This document shows, one piece after another, positions 24,090-34,249 of a stretch of DNA of 64,000 bases. The DNA lies in assembly GCA_008690995.1 (NCBI GenBank), contig VRMN01000006.1, forward strand, positions 868,001-932,000, read 5' to 3'. The notes beneath the pieces are model-generated. The model did not search any database. It was not told where the DNA came from and was given only the letters and a program-made list of their open reading frames with translations. The position numbers were made by a program, and so were the translations under genes. The DNA comes from Porphyridium purpureum. Taxonomy: Eukaryota. Position 1 is the first letter of the stretch. Every line of letters starts with the position of its first letter.

Positions 24090-24437
24090 CGCTTACCCGC
24101 AGCTTATTCGAATCATTTAATCAGCTTTCGTTGGCACTGACTTTCTTTTGCTCCCGCGAGCTCGCGCGAAGGCGACATTGGAATATGAGAAATGTGCGCT
24201 CGAGTCCATCAACGCCGGCTTATGCCCACTGCAGCGCGTGGAATGAGCACTGAATTCGAATTGTACCAAGAGCAGGCTCTTGCACTGCCAAGCCGTCTTG
24301 TCTATGCAGTTTGATTCAGCAGACCATGAGATCGTGTTGGCGACCCAATTGGTTCGCGCTACGAGCAAGGCCAAACATCGTGTTCTATTTTCTTCTAGCC
24401 GAACATCTATATGTGTACGTTGGTTTCGCGCATTGCT

Positions 24438-25589
24438 TTACAACCATAGCGTTGTGATTACGTAGTACACTACCAGGTAGACCAGCATGGCAAAAATAAA
24501 ATATCTCAGTGGGTAGATAGCACGCGGTTTCTTGGGCAAGCCTGCCGCGCTGCGCGGTGTGCCCGCTTCGCTGAGTTCTTCGAGAAATTCTGAAATCTCG
24601 TCCTCGTGATCGTTTGCGCCGCTCGCTCCTCCGCCAACTCCACCAGGAGTATGCGGTGCCGAGCTCGCCGCCAGAAAGAGTTCACGAATCATCAAAACAA
24701 ATTTGCGCACCCAGCTCTTGCGCCGATGCCGAGGCCCATAGATTGTGCGCCAGTTACAATGGCCGTCGTTACACAGCGGATGGCGCGTGCTCACCATTTT
24801 GCGACCGTCAACCTCAAAGCAGTACTCGTGGTATCCTGTCGGCACGGGTGTGATCACGCACCAGTGCCCGGCGCTCTCCTGGTTCATGCTCACCGGCATC
24901 CAATTATTCCAGTCGCCTAGCAGATACACTTCATTTGCGCTGCTTGCCGAGGCCTGCCCCTTTCCGACAGCATTCGCGGCGTCGCGGCTGCTCGCCAGTC
25001 GCGCGGATGACGTCGACGGGCTTTCACGCAGTCCGCTTGTATTCCGCGTGAGCGTCACGGATAACGCGTCGATCATGCTGCTGCTATTTCGCAGACTCGT
25101 CACGCCGCTGGCGCGCAGCGCGCCTAAATCCGAGCTTGAATAGTTGTGTGGAGATACGGGCATGCCTGCGGCGGGCGACGCTGGCTTGGCAGCATCCACC
25201 GAGCCGTCGGCATTTCGAATTGGCGCGCTTTTCGATGGCACAAACACAAACTCGGACATCACCTGGTTGTTGTTTGGCGTGCTGACGCGCGGGCTCTTGG
25301 GCTCGTTTCGCAGCGACGCCGTCGACCCCACGCGTCGCAGGGCGCCGCTCCGCGCACTGCCCGGCGTGCGCGGCGTCGATGCGCCTGAGGAGTATCCCGA
25401 GTGCGCGGGTGCGACATGGCTGTGCGCGCGCGGCGTGGATGCGCCGCCGCTCTGCATATCCAGCGACGACGCGCTCTTCCCCAGCGCCTTTTTCTGCAGC
25501 ACCGCTGCCGACGACGAGGACGCCGACGCCAGCGGCGCGGTCTCGACAACCACGCCGGACGCGAGCCGCGCGCTGCTGCCGCTGCTCAT
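24438..25589 (-). CDS. CBM48 (AMPK-beta-like glucan-binding) protein with a C-terminal membrane anchor
   Basis: 'EVYLLGDWNNW.PVSM...W...VPTGYHEYCFEVDG'; long Ser-rich disordered N-terminus; terminal hydrophobic helix 'YFIFAMLVYLVVYYVITTLWL'. Confidence 0.8.
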   Translation of the reverse strand: MSSGSSARLASGVVVETAPLASASSSSAAVLQKKALGKSASSLDMQSGGASTPRAHSHVAPAHSGYSSGASTPRTPGSARSGALRRVGSTASLRNEPKSPRVSTPNNNQVMSEFVFVPSKSAPIRNADGSVDAAKPASPAAGMPVSPHNYSSSDLGALRASGVTSLRNSSSMIDALSVTLTRNTSGLRESPSTSSARLASSRDAANAVGKGQASASSANEVYLLGDWNNWMPVSMNQESAGHWCVITPVPTGYHEYCFEVDGRKMVSTRHPLCNDGHCNWRTIYGPRHRRKSWVRKFVLMIRELFLAASSAPHTPGGVGGGASGANDHEDEISEFLEELSEAGTPRSAAGLPKKPRAIYPLRYFIFAMLVYLVVYYVITTLWL

Positions 25590-26514
25590 GACTACGTCCC
25601 AGCCCCAGACTCTACTGCGACGCCACGTCGCACGCACCACGCACGACGCGTTCCACCACTCTGCCCGCCGCCTCCCGCGCCGGCAGTCCCCGCATGCCCC
25701 AAAGTCACACACACACACACACACACACACCACGCGTCACCAATATATTCAACACCTTGCGCACCGCGTGTCTCTCTCTCGTCTCCCATCCGCACGCCAC
25801 ACGCAGTGTCAAGCGCACCGCGAACCCACCAACCGAGCTATCGAGCCCCATCACACAGCGTCATAGCCGCGCGTGCCAATTTTAGAACCAACGCGTGCGC
25901 GCTTTCCGCGCCGTTTTTGAAAACGCAACTCGCGCAAAAACACACAGAAACACGCAAAAAGCACGGAACAAAAAGGCAAAAAATGCGCTGAACGGAGGAA
26001 AACGGAGGAGAAAAAGGGGGGGAAAGCGAGGAAAAAGCGTGCGTGAGACAGACGTACGCAGGGGGTGTGGGTGGCGCGTGTCCCGCCACTTTTTCATGTG
26101 CGTGCGGCGGGGGTACACTAGACGGGTTGGGGTGTGTACGGTGGTGATCCTAGGAGGGACGTGGTGCGCTGTGTGTTCAGAGGCAGTTGGGAGATGATAG
26201 TGGTATAGAGCCGCGAGATGTTACGCGCCCGGTAGGTCCCCACTGCACCCGACTCCTCACCCGCTTGCCGAAGCTCCAAACTTTCTTACCACCCACGACT
26301 AACACTCTTCAGGGAACTTAAACCTGTCGCCACCGCCGCTGACATTTCTGAGATGTCACGCTTGTACGAGTCTCCCGTGCTGTCCCGTCTCTGACTCGTT
26401 CTAGCTGAATACAGTGTACCTAGCTCACGCACACAGTATATCAGTGGGGTCTCATGAAGCCCGAAGCAGCTCGCTCGCGAGGTGCAAGATCAAGTCTGGA
26501 ATACCGCTTGCGAG

Positions 26515-26804
26515 TGTTACCAATGCTGTGCCTTTTTTACTCTCTGCGTCTTCTTCTTTCTCCGAGCAAGACCTGACCGGCTAGTCCGGGCAGGCGCGTC
26601 GCCTTTTTATACCCTTACTTCCGCCAGGGACAGCAAGGCGCCAAGAGAAATGACAATGCAAACCATTGGCATTTCTGCGCGCGTCTAGAAGGTTCTGGAA
26701 CCTCTAGAAGGTTCTAGAAACGGTTAAACGGTCTACCGGTTTAACGGCTTACCGGTTTCGGATTAACCGAACCGTTCTAGGTGAATGGGGTCGAACGGAT
26801 AACA
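26515..26804 (-). repeat. 3' LTR of Gypsy element
   Basis: Identical to 31676-31965; polypurine tract at 26805-26817 on the minus strand. Confidence 0.97.
26684..26720. promoter_or_regulatory. heat-shock element array in LTR U3 (also 31845-31881)
   Basis: tctaGAAggTTCtgGAAcctctaGAAggTTCtaGAAa = two nGAAnnTTCnnGAAn triplets ~75-110 bp upstream of the minus-strand TATAAAAA. Confidence 0.75.
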
Positions 26805-26923
26805 TCTCCCCCCCTCTTGGCTCGACGTCTCGGCGAGACTCCAAACTAAGTTGCATTCTTGGCTCGAGGAACCCGCGCTCCGGGAGAAAACCTCTGCCTA
26901 GCAAACTTCTCACAATTCCCAAG

Positions 26924-29900
26924 TCATTCAGAGTCAGACTCTTCGATAATTTTCAACAAGTCTGGCTCAGAATCGGACGCCGGCAGGTCGTCGGGTACTT
27001 CTTCATCATTTTCCCCTGCCATGTAGTCTTCGCGTCCATAGTATGGCTTCAGATGTTGGATCGGAAAAACATCATGACAAGCCACACCCTCGGGCAAAAT
27101 CACTCGGTAAGCATGCGAGCTTACCTTCTCAATGACAGGCACCGGACCAAGAAACTTTGGTGCCGCCAAATCACTCTTGTTCGGCCGCAATTGCGGCGCC
27201 GTGATCAACACTTGATCACCAACTTGAAACTCCCGGGCATCCTTGCGTCGATCGAAGAACTTCTGCATTCTCCCCTGGGCTTCGATCAAATTGTCGCGGA
27301 CTTCTTCATGGACTTTGCACAGGCGAAACCAGTGCTCCGCCATGTCCTTCGTCTGTCCGTCACGCGCAGGCCTCCACCCTTCGCTCGGTGGGAACCACGG
27401 ATCCCTTCCATATGCCACTTTGAACGGCGCGAATCCAGTGGCACTGCTTGGTGCAGAGTTGTACACAAACTCGTACAACGGCAAGTCTCGCACCCAGCCA
27501 GTATTCGTCGCCATCAATTTGAGCATTTCCCGAATCACGCGGTTCACTCGCTCAGTTTGGCCATCTGTCTGCGGGTGGTTGGCGGTAGACATTGCCAACT
27601 TCATGCCCACCCGCTTGCTCAGCTGCTGCCAAAACGTGGACGTAAACAGCGGATCTCGGTCCGACACAATCGACTTGGGGTATCCGAAGCGGCTCACGAC
27701 GTGCTTCACGAACAAGTCAGCACAACGTTTTGCTGTCAAGTCCTTGCGCGTCGGGATAAACAGCGCCATCTTCGAATATCGATCCACCACAGTCATGATT
27801 GCATCACAGCTGCCTTCGCTCCGAGGCAGCTCTGTCACAAAGTCCATCGAAATGTCGACCCAAGGTCCTTCGGGGATCGACAAGGGCTTCAGCTTTCCAA
27901 ACGACCGATTCTCTGACTTTGTCACTTGGCATGCGTGACAAGTCTTCACAAAACGGCTCACGTCTCGCTTCATCTTTGGCCAGTAGAAGCGAGTTATCAA
28001 AGACGCATAAGTTGTGTCCGCTCCACGGTGCCCTGCTGTCGGGATATCGTGGTGGAGTTGCATGACACGCTCTCTGAACTTCCTCGGTACGCAAACGCGA
28101 TTCCTCAAGTACAAGAGCCCAGCTTCGGTTCGGAAACCTTGGTGGGTCGGTAAATCCCCCATCAAAGTACCAAAGTCTGGGTCACTCGAGTACGAACCGA
28201 CAAATGCCTGGAAACTCGTACCAAATTCATCACACCGAACTTGGTACTCTAGCGCGTGCACCTCTGGCTTCCTCGACAAAGCATCGGCTACCACGTTCGA
28301 CTTTCCCTTCGCATAGTCGATCGTGATGTCAAACTCGGCTAAAAAGTCCAGCCACCGTGCTTGCCGGCCATTCAGCTCCTTCTGCGTCATCAGATGTTTC
28401 AACGCCTCATGATCTGTATGCAGCACAAACTTTGCTCCGTACAGATAAGGTCGAAACTCTCGCAGACAGTGAATGACGGCCATGAGCTCACCTTCATAGC
28501 TGCTGTACCTGGTCTCTCGGTCCAGCAGCTTCCTTGACGTAAACGCGACCGGTCTGCCTTCCTGCGCCAGCCATCCCCCCACCGCGACTTCGGAGCGGTC
28601 TGTGTACACCTCGAATGGCTTTTCAGGGTCTGGCAAGGCCAACACCGGCGCTTCCGTCAACACCCCCACAATCTTCTTGAAGGCCGACTTGCCTTCATCT
28701 CCCAGTTCGATCAGCTGCTTCTTCGACTTTGCGTTCTGCAACAGCGAAGTCAGCGGCGCCACGACGGTAGAGTATCCTTTGACAAACCTGCGAAACCAGT
28801 TTGTCATTCCCAAAAAGGATCTCAACTCCGTCACCGTCTTTGGCACTGGCCAATCTCTCAAAGCTTCCACCTTCCGTGGATCCATCTTCACGCAACCGTT
28901 GCCGACAATGTTCCCCAGGTATTCGACTTCAGAGACGAAGAAGCTGCACTTCTTGCGCTTCAAACGATACCCCGCCTTTTGCAAGCGCGACAACACTTCC
29001 TTCAGGACCTCAGCATGCGACTGCCGATCCTTGGTGAAGACCAAAATATCGTCCAAGTAAACAATGACGGTCTTGTCCAGCAGATCTGCAAACAGCTCGT
29101 TCATGGCCCTCTGAAAAGTTGCCGGTGCGTTGCAAAGACCAAACGGCATCACGCGGAACTCGAACTGTCCGTACCTGGTCTGGAACGCGGTCTTCGGCAC
29201 GTCCTCTCTCCGAACACGCAACTGGTGGTACCCCGATGCCAAATCCAACTTTGAGAAACAGTGAGCTGCGCCCAGTCGATCCAGCAACTCATCCATGTTT
29301 GGCAACGGATACCGGTCCTTCACAGTTGCGTCGTTCAACGCCCGATAATCAACGCACATCCTCATGCTGCCGTCTTTCTTCTTCACGAACAGCACGGGTG
29401 CTCCAAACGGGCTCTGACTCGGCTGGACGAATCCTTTGTCCAGCAAGTCATCCAAAGTCTCTCGGAGGACTTTCAACTCCGCAGGGCTCAGTCGGTAGAC
29501 CCTGCCCACTCTCACAGGCTTCTCATCTTTCAGCCTAATCACATGCTCCACTGTTCGGCTCTCAGGCAGCCCTCGCGGCTCCTTGAACAGACTTTCAAAA
29601 TCTTTGAGCATCTTCTTCACAGAGTCATCTCGTTTGCGCTCCACTGAACAGGGCTCCTCCCTTCCTTTCAGCACGCCGAGGTAGCACTCTTCTACCTCCT
29701 GACTCTTCAACAGCCGACGGAGCTCTTTCCGCGGCACCAGCATCTGCGTCATGCTCCAGGCCCTCTTCTCTCCGTAGGCCAACATGCCAGACTGCCAATC
29801 AATCACTGGGTTCTCCCGCTTCAGCCACTCCATGCCCAGAATTGCGTCTTGTCCCGCAATCCGGCAAATGGCAAAGTTAGCGGCTCCCGAGTACCCATCG

Positions 29901-30322
29901 CTCAGTTCAAACTTGACATTGGAGACTTCTCCGGCTGTTTCCAATACAGACCCATCCGCTAGGGTCACATGATCTCTCTTCCACGACGCCTTCTGCTTCA
30001 GGCCGTCGGATTTCAGCACAAAGTCCACGCTCATGAAGTTGTCCGTCGCGCCACTGTCAATCAAAAACGTGGCCTCTCCATCGGACTTGTGCACTTTTCC
30101 TCGAACTCGAAGAAGCATGGCAGCTCCCATCCCTCCAAGTTCCTTGATCACGGGCTGATTTGCGCTCGAGTTTCGCCCACAAGGTGTCGGACAGCCAGAC
30201 CTTGGCTTACCAAGGCCACCACAGCGGTCTTCATTGCCGCCCCTAGAGGTCTCGTAACGTCTGCGAGCCTCCTTTCCCTCTGACTGTCCGAGGAACCTCT
30301 CTACTCGAGCTCCTCGTTTTTT
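26924..30322 (-). CDS. pol: Gypsy Pol (PR-RT-RNaseH-IN), reached by -1 frameshift
   Basis: PR 'LIDSGAT', RT 'YLDD', RH 'TDHEAL...NVVADALSR', IN HHCC + 'SMDFV', 'SDRD', 'TDGQTERVN', GPY/F-type tail; no chromodomain. Confidence 0.97.
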   Translation of the reverse strand, partial: KKRGARVERFLGQSEGKEARRRYETSRGGNEDRCGGLGKPRSGCPTPCGRNSSANQPVIKELGGMGAAMLLRVRGKVHKSDGEATFLIDSGATDNFMSVDFVLKSDGLKQKASWKRDHVTLADGSVLETAGEVSNVKFELSDGYSGAANFAICRIAGQDAILGMEWLKRENPVIDWQSGMLAYGEKRAWSMTQMLVPRKELRRLLKSQEVEECYLGVLKGREEPCSVERKRDDSVKKMLKDFESLFKEPRGLPESRTVEHVIRLKDEKPVRVGRVYRLSPAELKVLRETLDDLLDKGFVQPSQSPFGAPVLFVKKKDGSMRMCVDYRALNDATVKDRYPLPNMDELLDRLGAAHCFSKLDLASGYHQLRVRREDVPKTAFQTRYGQFEFRVMPFGLCNAPATFQRAMNELFADLLDKTVIVYLDDILVFTKDRQSHAEVLKEVLSRLQKAGYRLKRKKCSFFVSEVEYLGNIVGNGCVKMDPRKVEALRDWPVPKTVTELRSFLGMTNWFRRFVKGYSTVVAPLTSLLQNAKSKKQLIELGDEGKSAFKKIVGVLTEAPVLALPDPEKPFEVYTDRSEVAVGGWLAQEGRPVAFTSRKLLDRETRYSSYEGELMAVIHCLREFRPYLYGAKFVLHTDHEALKHLMTQKELNGRQARWLDFLAEFDITIDYAKGKSNVVADALSRKPEVHALEYQVRCDEFGTSFQAFVGSYSSDPDFGTLMGDLPTHQGFRTEAGLLYLRNRVCVPRKFRERVMQLHHDIPTAGHRGADTTYASLITRFYWPKMKRDVSRFVKTCHACQVTKSENRSFGKLKPLSIPEGPWVDISMDFVTELPRSEGSCDAIMTVVDRYSKMALFIPTRKDLTAKRCADLFVKHVVSRFGYPKSIVSDRDPLFTSTFWQQLSKRVGMKLAMSTANHPQTDGQTERVNRVIREMLKLMATNTGWVRDLPLYEFVYNSAPSSATGFAPFKVAYGRDPWFPPSEGWRPARDGQTKDMAEHWFRLCKVHEEVRDNLIEAQGRMQKFFDRRKDAREFQVGDQVLITAPQLRPNKSDLAAPKFLGPVPVIEKVSSHAYRVILPEGVACHDVFPIQHLKPYYGREDYMAGENDEEVPDDLPASDSEPDLLKIIEESDSE

Positions 30323-31107
30323 GACTCCAGCGAGTCTCCCTCCAGCTGGTGGATAGTCTTCCTTGCCTCGGGACACTTCCTGGCGATGTGCCCCGGCCTT
30401 CCACAATTCCAGCATTTGAGCTCGGTACGAACACGCCTCTGACCCTGCACATGTCCCAGCTCCATCGGGACGGGTCCTTCCTGCGCTGCACGACCGAAAA
30501 ATGGCGTCCTCACACTTGAATCACGCACGCCGCGGGTCGCATGAATGGCGTCGTCCACGACCACCGCCACCTGCGCAGCCTCCGCGAACGTGCTCACTCC
30601 TCGCTTGTACACTTCCAAGCGGACCTCGGGCTTCAGACCCCTCACAAAGCGGTCCGTCATTTCTGCGTCCGACAAGTCCGGAATCACAAGTGCCGCGTCT
30701 TGAAAAGCCGCCACATACGCATGGGCCGGGCCTTTCTGCGAAAGACGCGTCAACTTGTCCCTTGCACGCCTGATCGAATCCTGCGGCGTGAACCGAGCAC
30801 TCACGAGGGCAGCGAAATCATTCCACGTCGTGGGGATCTCCTGCGGGTAGCGTTCGCAGTTTAGAACCCACCAATGAAGCGCCTCTCCCTCGAAATAGTC
30901 TGATGCCAGGTCCACAGCACGCCTCTCCGCAAGCAGACGTTTCTCCAAATCGTCCGGGTGGATGCTCTCCAACAGCCGGCCCAAGATCTTCTTTCTCGCC
31001 TGGAACAACCACGTCTTCACAACCAGAAGGTCCCTCTTCCCGTCGAACCTCATCAGACGGGCCTCCTTCGGGCCACGTGGTCCCAGCGTCTCCGAATCAA
31101 TCTCCAT
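30301..31107 (-). CDS. gag: Gypsy Gag with CCHC zinc knuckle
   Basis: Retrotransposon gag motifs ('ALHWW', 'RFVRGLKPEVR', 'PVPMELG') and 'CWNCGRPGHIARKC'. Confidence 0.95.
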   Translation of the reverse strand: MEIDSETLGPRGPKEARLMRFDGKRDLLVVKTWLFQARKKILGRLLESIHPDDLEKRLLAERRAVDLASDYFEGEALHWWVLNCERYPQEIPTTWNDFAALVSARFTPQDSIRRARDKLTRLSQKGPAHAYVAAFQDAALVIPDLSDAEMTDRFVRGLKPEVRLEVYKRGVSTFAEAAQVAVVVDDAIHATRGVRDSSVRTPFFGRAAQEGPVPMELGHVQGQRRVRTELKCWNCGRPGHIARKCPEARKTIHQLEGDSLESKNEELE

Positions 31108-31675
31108 GCTTTCTGGACTAAAGCACACTCAACGATGACAACGACACAAACCGCGAGTCTCCGCTGCTCACACTCTCGAACAGCTGCGCGCAACACGAAC
31201 GGGCTTCGATTGCCCTCACGAACACAAACCGACACACGAAACAGTCCTCTCACTCACACACACGTACAGCAATCCGCTCATGCACACACAAGAAAGCACA
31301 CAGCAATCCTCCTCTGTTGCGCTGGATGGGGAGCGGCCCGGGCCTTTGCACTGGGGCGGGGATTATAGATGCGATCTTATATGGAGGTGTTCGGCGCCTA
31401 CCTTCGCAAAGGTGGTCGTGCGACACTAGGATGAATCCTAGTGAAGGCTGACCGTTACGGCTCTTGCCTACTAATACGTGCTAAGGCAGAGAGCGAGTCC
31501 GCCGTCAAGGCCTAGGCCTATCGTACAGCCAAGACTGAGACCCGCTTCCACCCGTCGCACCCTCCGGATCGACTTACTCGAACCCCCTTACCCGCAGACT
31601 CTCCCACCCAGGCAACCCCAGAGAAACTCTAAGAGAACCTTAGAGCAACCCCAGGTAACCAGCGATGATACCAAA

Positions 31676-31965
31676 TGTTACCAATGCTGTGCCTTTTTTA
31701 CTCTCTGCGTCTTCTTCTTTCTCCGAGCAAGACCTGACCGGCTAGTCCGGGCAGGCGCGTCGCCTTTTTATACCCTTACTTCCGCCAGGGACAGCAAGGC
31801 GCCAAGAGAAATGACAATGCAAACCATTGGCATTTCTGCGCGCGTCTAGAAGGTTCTGGAACCTCTAGAAGGTTCTAGAAACGGTTAAACGGTCTACCGG
31901 TTTAACGGCTTACCGGTTTCGGATTAACCGAACCGTTCTAGGTGAATGGGGTCGAACGGATAACA
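31676..31965 (-). repeat. 5' LTR of Gypsy element
   Basis: TG..CA; followed on the minus strand by a tRNA-Met-like PBS (TGGTATCATCGC, ~31662-31673). Confidence 0.97.
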
Positions 31966-32041
31966 GCGAGAAACGCCCTTCGCCTGCGCTGCAAAGCTGT
32001 CGCTGCGTGCGCGTGTTCGATGATGCACGGGATGACCTATA

Positions 32042-33424
32042 CAGCAAGTGACAATCAATTATAAACACCCGTACGTTTTTACTTTTTCTGACAAAAGAGA
32101 TAATTTTAGAGCAAAGCGATAGAAGGTTGACATTACGGTGACCGTTGCAAGCGTCCAAACGATTGAAAACACGCATTCCAAGCTTTATTTGCGTGGAATT
32201 GAGCTTGCGGCGGGGGAAAATCATGGGCAAGCCGTCAAGCCTTGGTGAGCGAGAGCAGGGCGTGATTGCTGCTTTGGTTGCTGAAGGTCACTCTTAGCGC
32301 GTGATCGCGGGCCGACTGGGAAGATCTCGCTCAGCAACGGTAGTGAGGAACTATTTGAAACGCCCGGGACAGTACGGAAAACGGGGACCCAATCAGAATG
32401 CCGTAAAAAAGACACCTTACCTGCACCGAAAGATTGAGATATGTCCTGAAAACAAAGCGATTTTCTACTGCAGGTCAGGTGAACGCCAGCATCTTGTTAG
32501 CACGTGCCAAGCCAGTCTCAGTGCAAACCGTCCGACGTATCATTCGAAATGAGCACACACGGAAGAAGTGCAAGAAAACGCCGCATTTGCAGGATCGCCA
32601 TCGACAGGCACGTATGAAGTTTGTGCTTGATCACCACTGGAAACGGGAGGACTGGAGAGATGTTGTGTTTACAGACGAGAAAAAGTGGAATTTGGACGGT
32701 CCTAGTGGCTTGAAATTCTACTGGGCGGGTCTGGAGGATGAGCCAGCTATATGTTTGAATCGTGTTTGTGGTGGACAGAGCTTGATGGTCTGGGGAGCGA
32801 TAAATGGCGACGGAAAGCTTGCTCTTTTGTTCACAAAAGACTACTATTCGGGTGGCCAGACTGCCGCAAAATACTTGGAAATGTTGGACAAGCCTCGGGT
32901 CATTGTGAAGGCTAAATGAAAGATTGGATACTTCAAATTCATACAGGACGAGGCCGCTTTCTACAGGGCCAAAATCACGATGGACTGGTTGTAACACAAT
33001 AACGTGGAGGTTCAAGATTGGCCCGCGCTTTCGCCAGACCTGAATCCAATTGAGAATGTATGGGACCATTTGACATGTCAGGTTTATGGTGGATGTAAGC
33101 AGTATTCTAATGTGAGAGAGCTACGAGAGGCAGTCGAGGATGTGTGGGAGCAAAGGGACGATTGCTACGCCAGAGACCTGTATGACAGCATGTCAAAGAG
33201 GATCATTCAAGTGGCTTTGGTGCAAGGAAAGACAGGCCGCTTCTAGAACTTGATTTTATCTTTCAGTACTCTGGTACATGCTCTGCATCTTCCCTGTTTT
33301 TAATCGTTTGTCGATTCTTTTTCGCGCCAAACAGTCGACCTTCACCAACTCTGGACAAAGTTTACCTTTCTTGTTAGAAATATTAAAAAAGGTACGGATG
33401 TTTTTAATTGATTGCCACTTACTG
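32042..33424 (+). mobile_element. degenerate Tc1/mariner DNA transposon
   Basis: Imperfect ~65-bp TIRs (CAGCAAGTGACAATCAATT... / ...AATTGATTGCCACTTACTG); TA on the left flank. Confidence 0.9.
32223..33246 (+). pseudogene. Tc1-type DD34E transposase pseudogene
   Basis: 'VFTDEKKWNLDGP', 'LMVWGAI', 'FIQD', 'WPALSPDLNPIENVW', with several stops/frameshifts. Confidence 0.92.
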
Positions 33425-34249
33425 GAAGTCTAGAGTATCACAGCCGGCACAACGGAGTCACATTCTAAGGTATCATGTCGTCGCACAATTGAGCAAGTCA
33501 AGACGTGTGTTCAGCGCGTCCTCGATTGTGCTTGACTTACCCAAGATTGTGAACACTCGGTCTGCAACCAGAGCTGCAAGCGCGGCAGCATGTCCAGAAT
33601 AATGGCATAAAAGCATGGAGTCAAAGTTGAGAATCGTAGTCCTCCGTGAAAAGAGAAGCAGATAAATAAGTTTGCTGAAAAATCAACAGCTTGACAGCGA
33701 CAAAGCTGGAGCAAGTTAACCTTGGACGCAAAACGCTGCATCAAAACGGTACGGGAAGACCGCCTGGTGAAGACTCACTCGCAGTTCTAAACCCTCCACC
33801 ATCAATAATCCCATAGCGGTGAGCCTAGGGCTTGTTCATGAAAGAACAAACTATTCGTAAAGCAGTCTCGAGCAGGACACGTTTCGACAGGAAGAGGCCG
33901 TCTGTATACATTGCAGCACATAGTGCATCAAGTCGAGAATCGGTCACACACATGTAACGACGGGTTTGAAAAGTAGGCGAAGGGTGTCTGTCGCGAGTGC
34001 TATAAGAGGTTGATATTGGAGCTAGCGGGTGAGCAGTGGGTCATTTTGAGAGCTTATCGGAGGCATCGGAGCACGTTGCTGTATACCTTCAAGACTTTGA
34101 ATTTCCCCGGACAAGCGAGGGAGCACGGAGCAAGGCAGTATGGGCGAAGAAGAGTCCATGTTTGGACTCAGAGTCGCATAACGCTGTCATTCGATATACC
34201 CGCCGATATATAGGGTTGAGAAAATAAGGGAAAGGACGCGTCGAACTTT

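Larger units (their letters stand above)
26515..31965 (-). mobile_element. intact Ty3/Gypsy LTR retrotransposon
   Basis: Two 290-bp TG..CA LTRs, identical by eye; 5-bp TSD GCGAG (26510-26514, 31966-31970); PBS TGGTATCATCGC; PPT AGAGGGGGGGAGA; open gag and pol. Confidence 0.98.

Noticed and set aside
26200..26215. TGGTATAGAGCC, PBS-like
   Set aside because: No adjacent LTR end or recognisable internal sequence
31478..31849. Duplicated small ORF (also 26482-26688)
   Set aside because: Antisense read-through of the two identical LTRs
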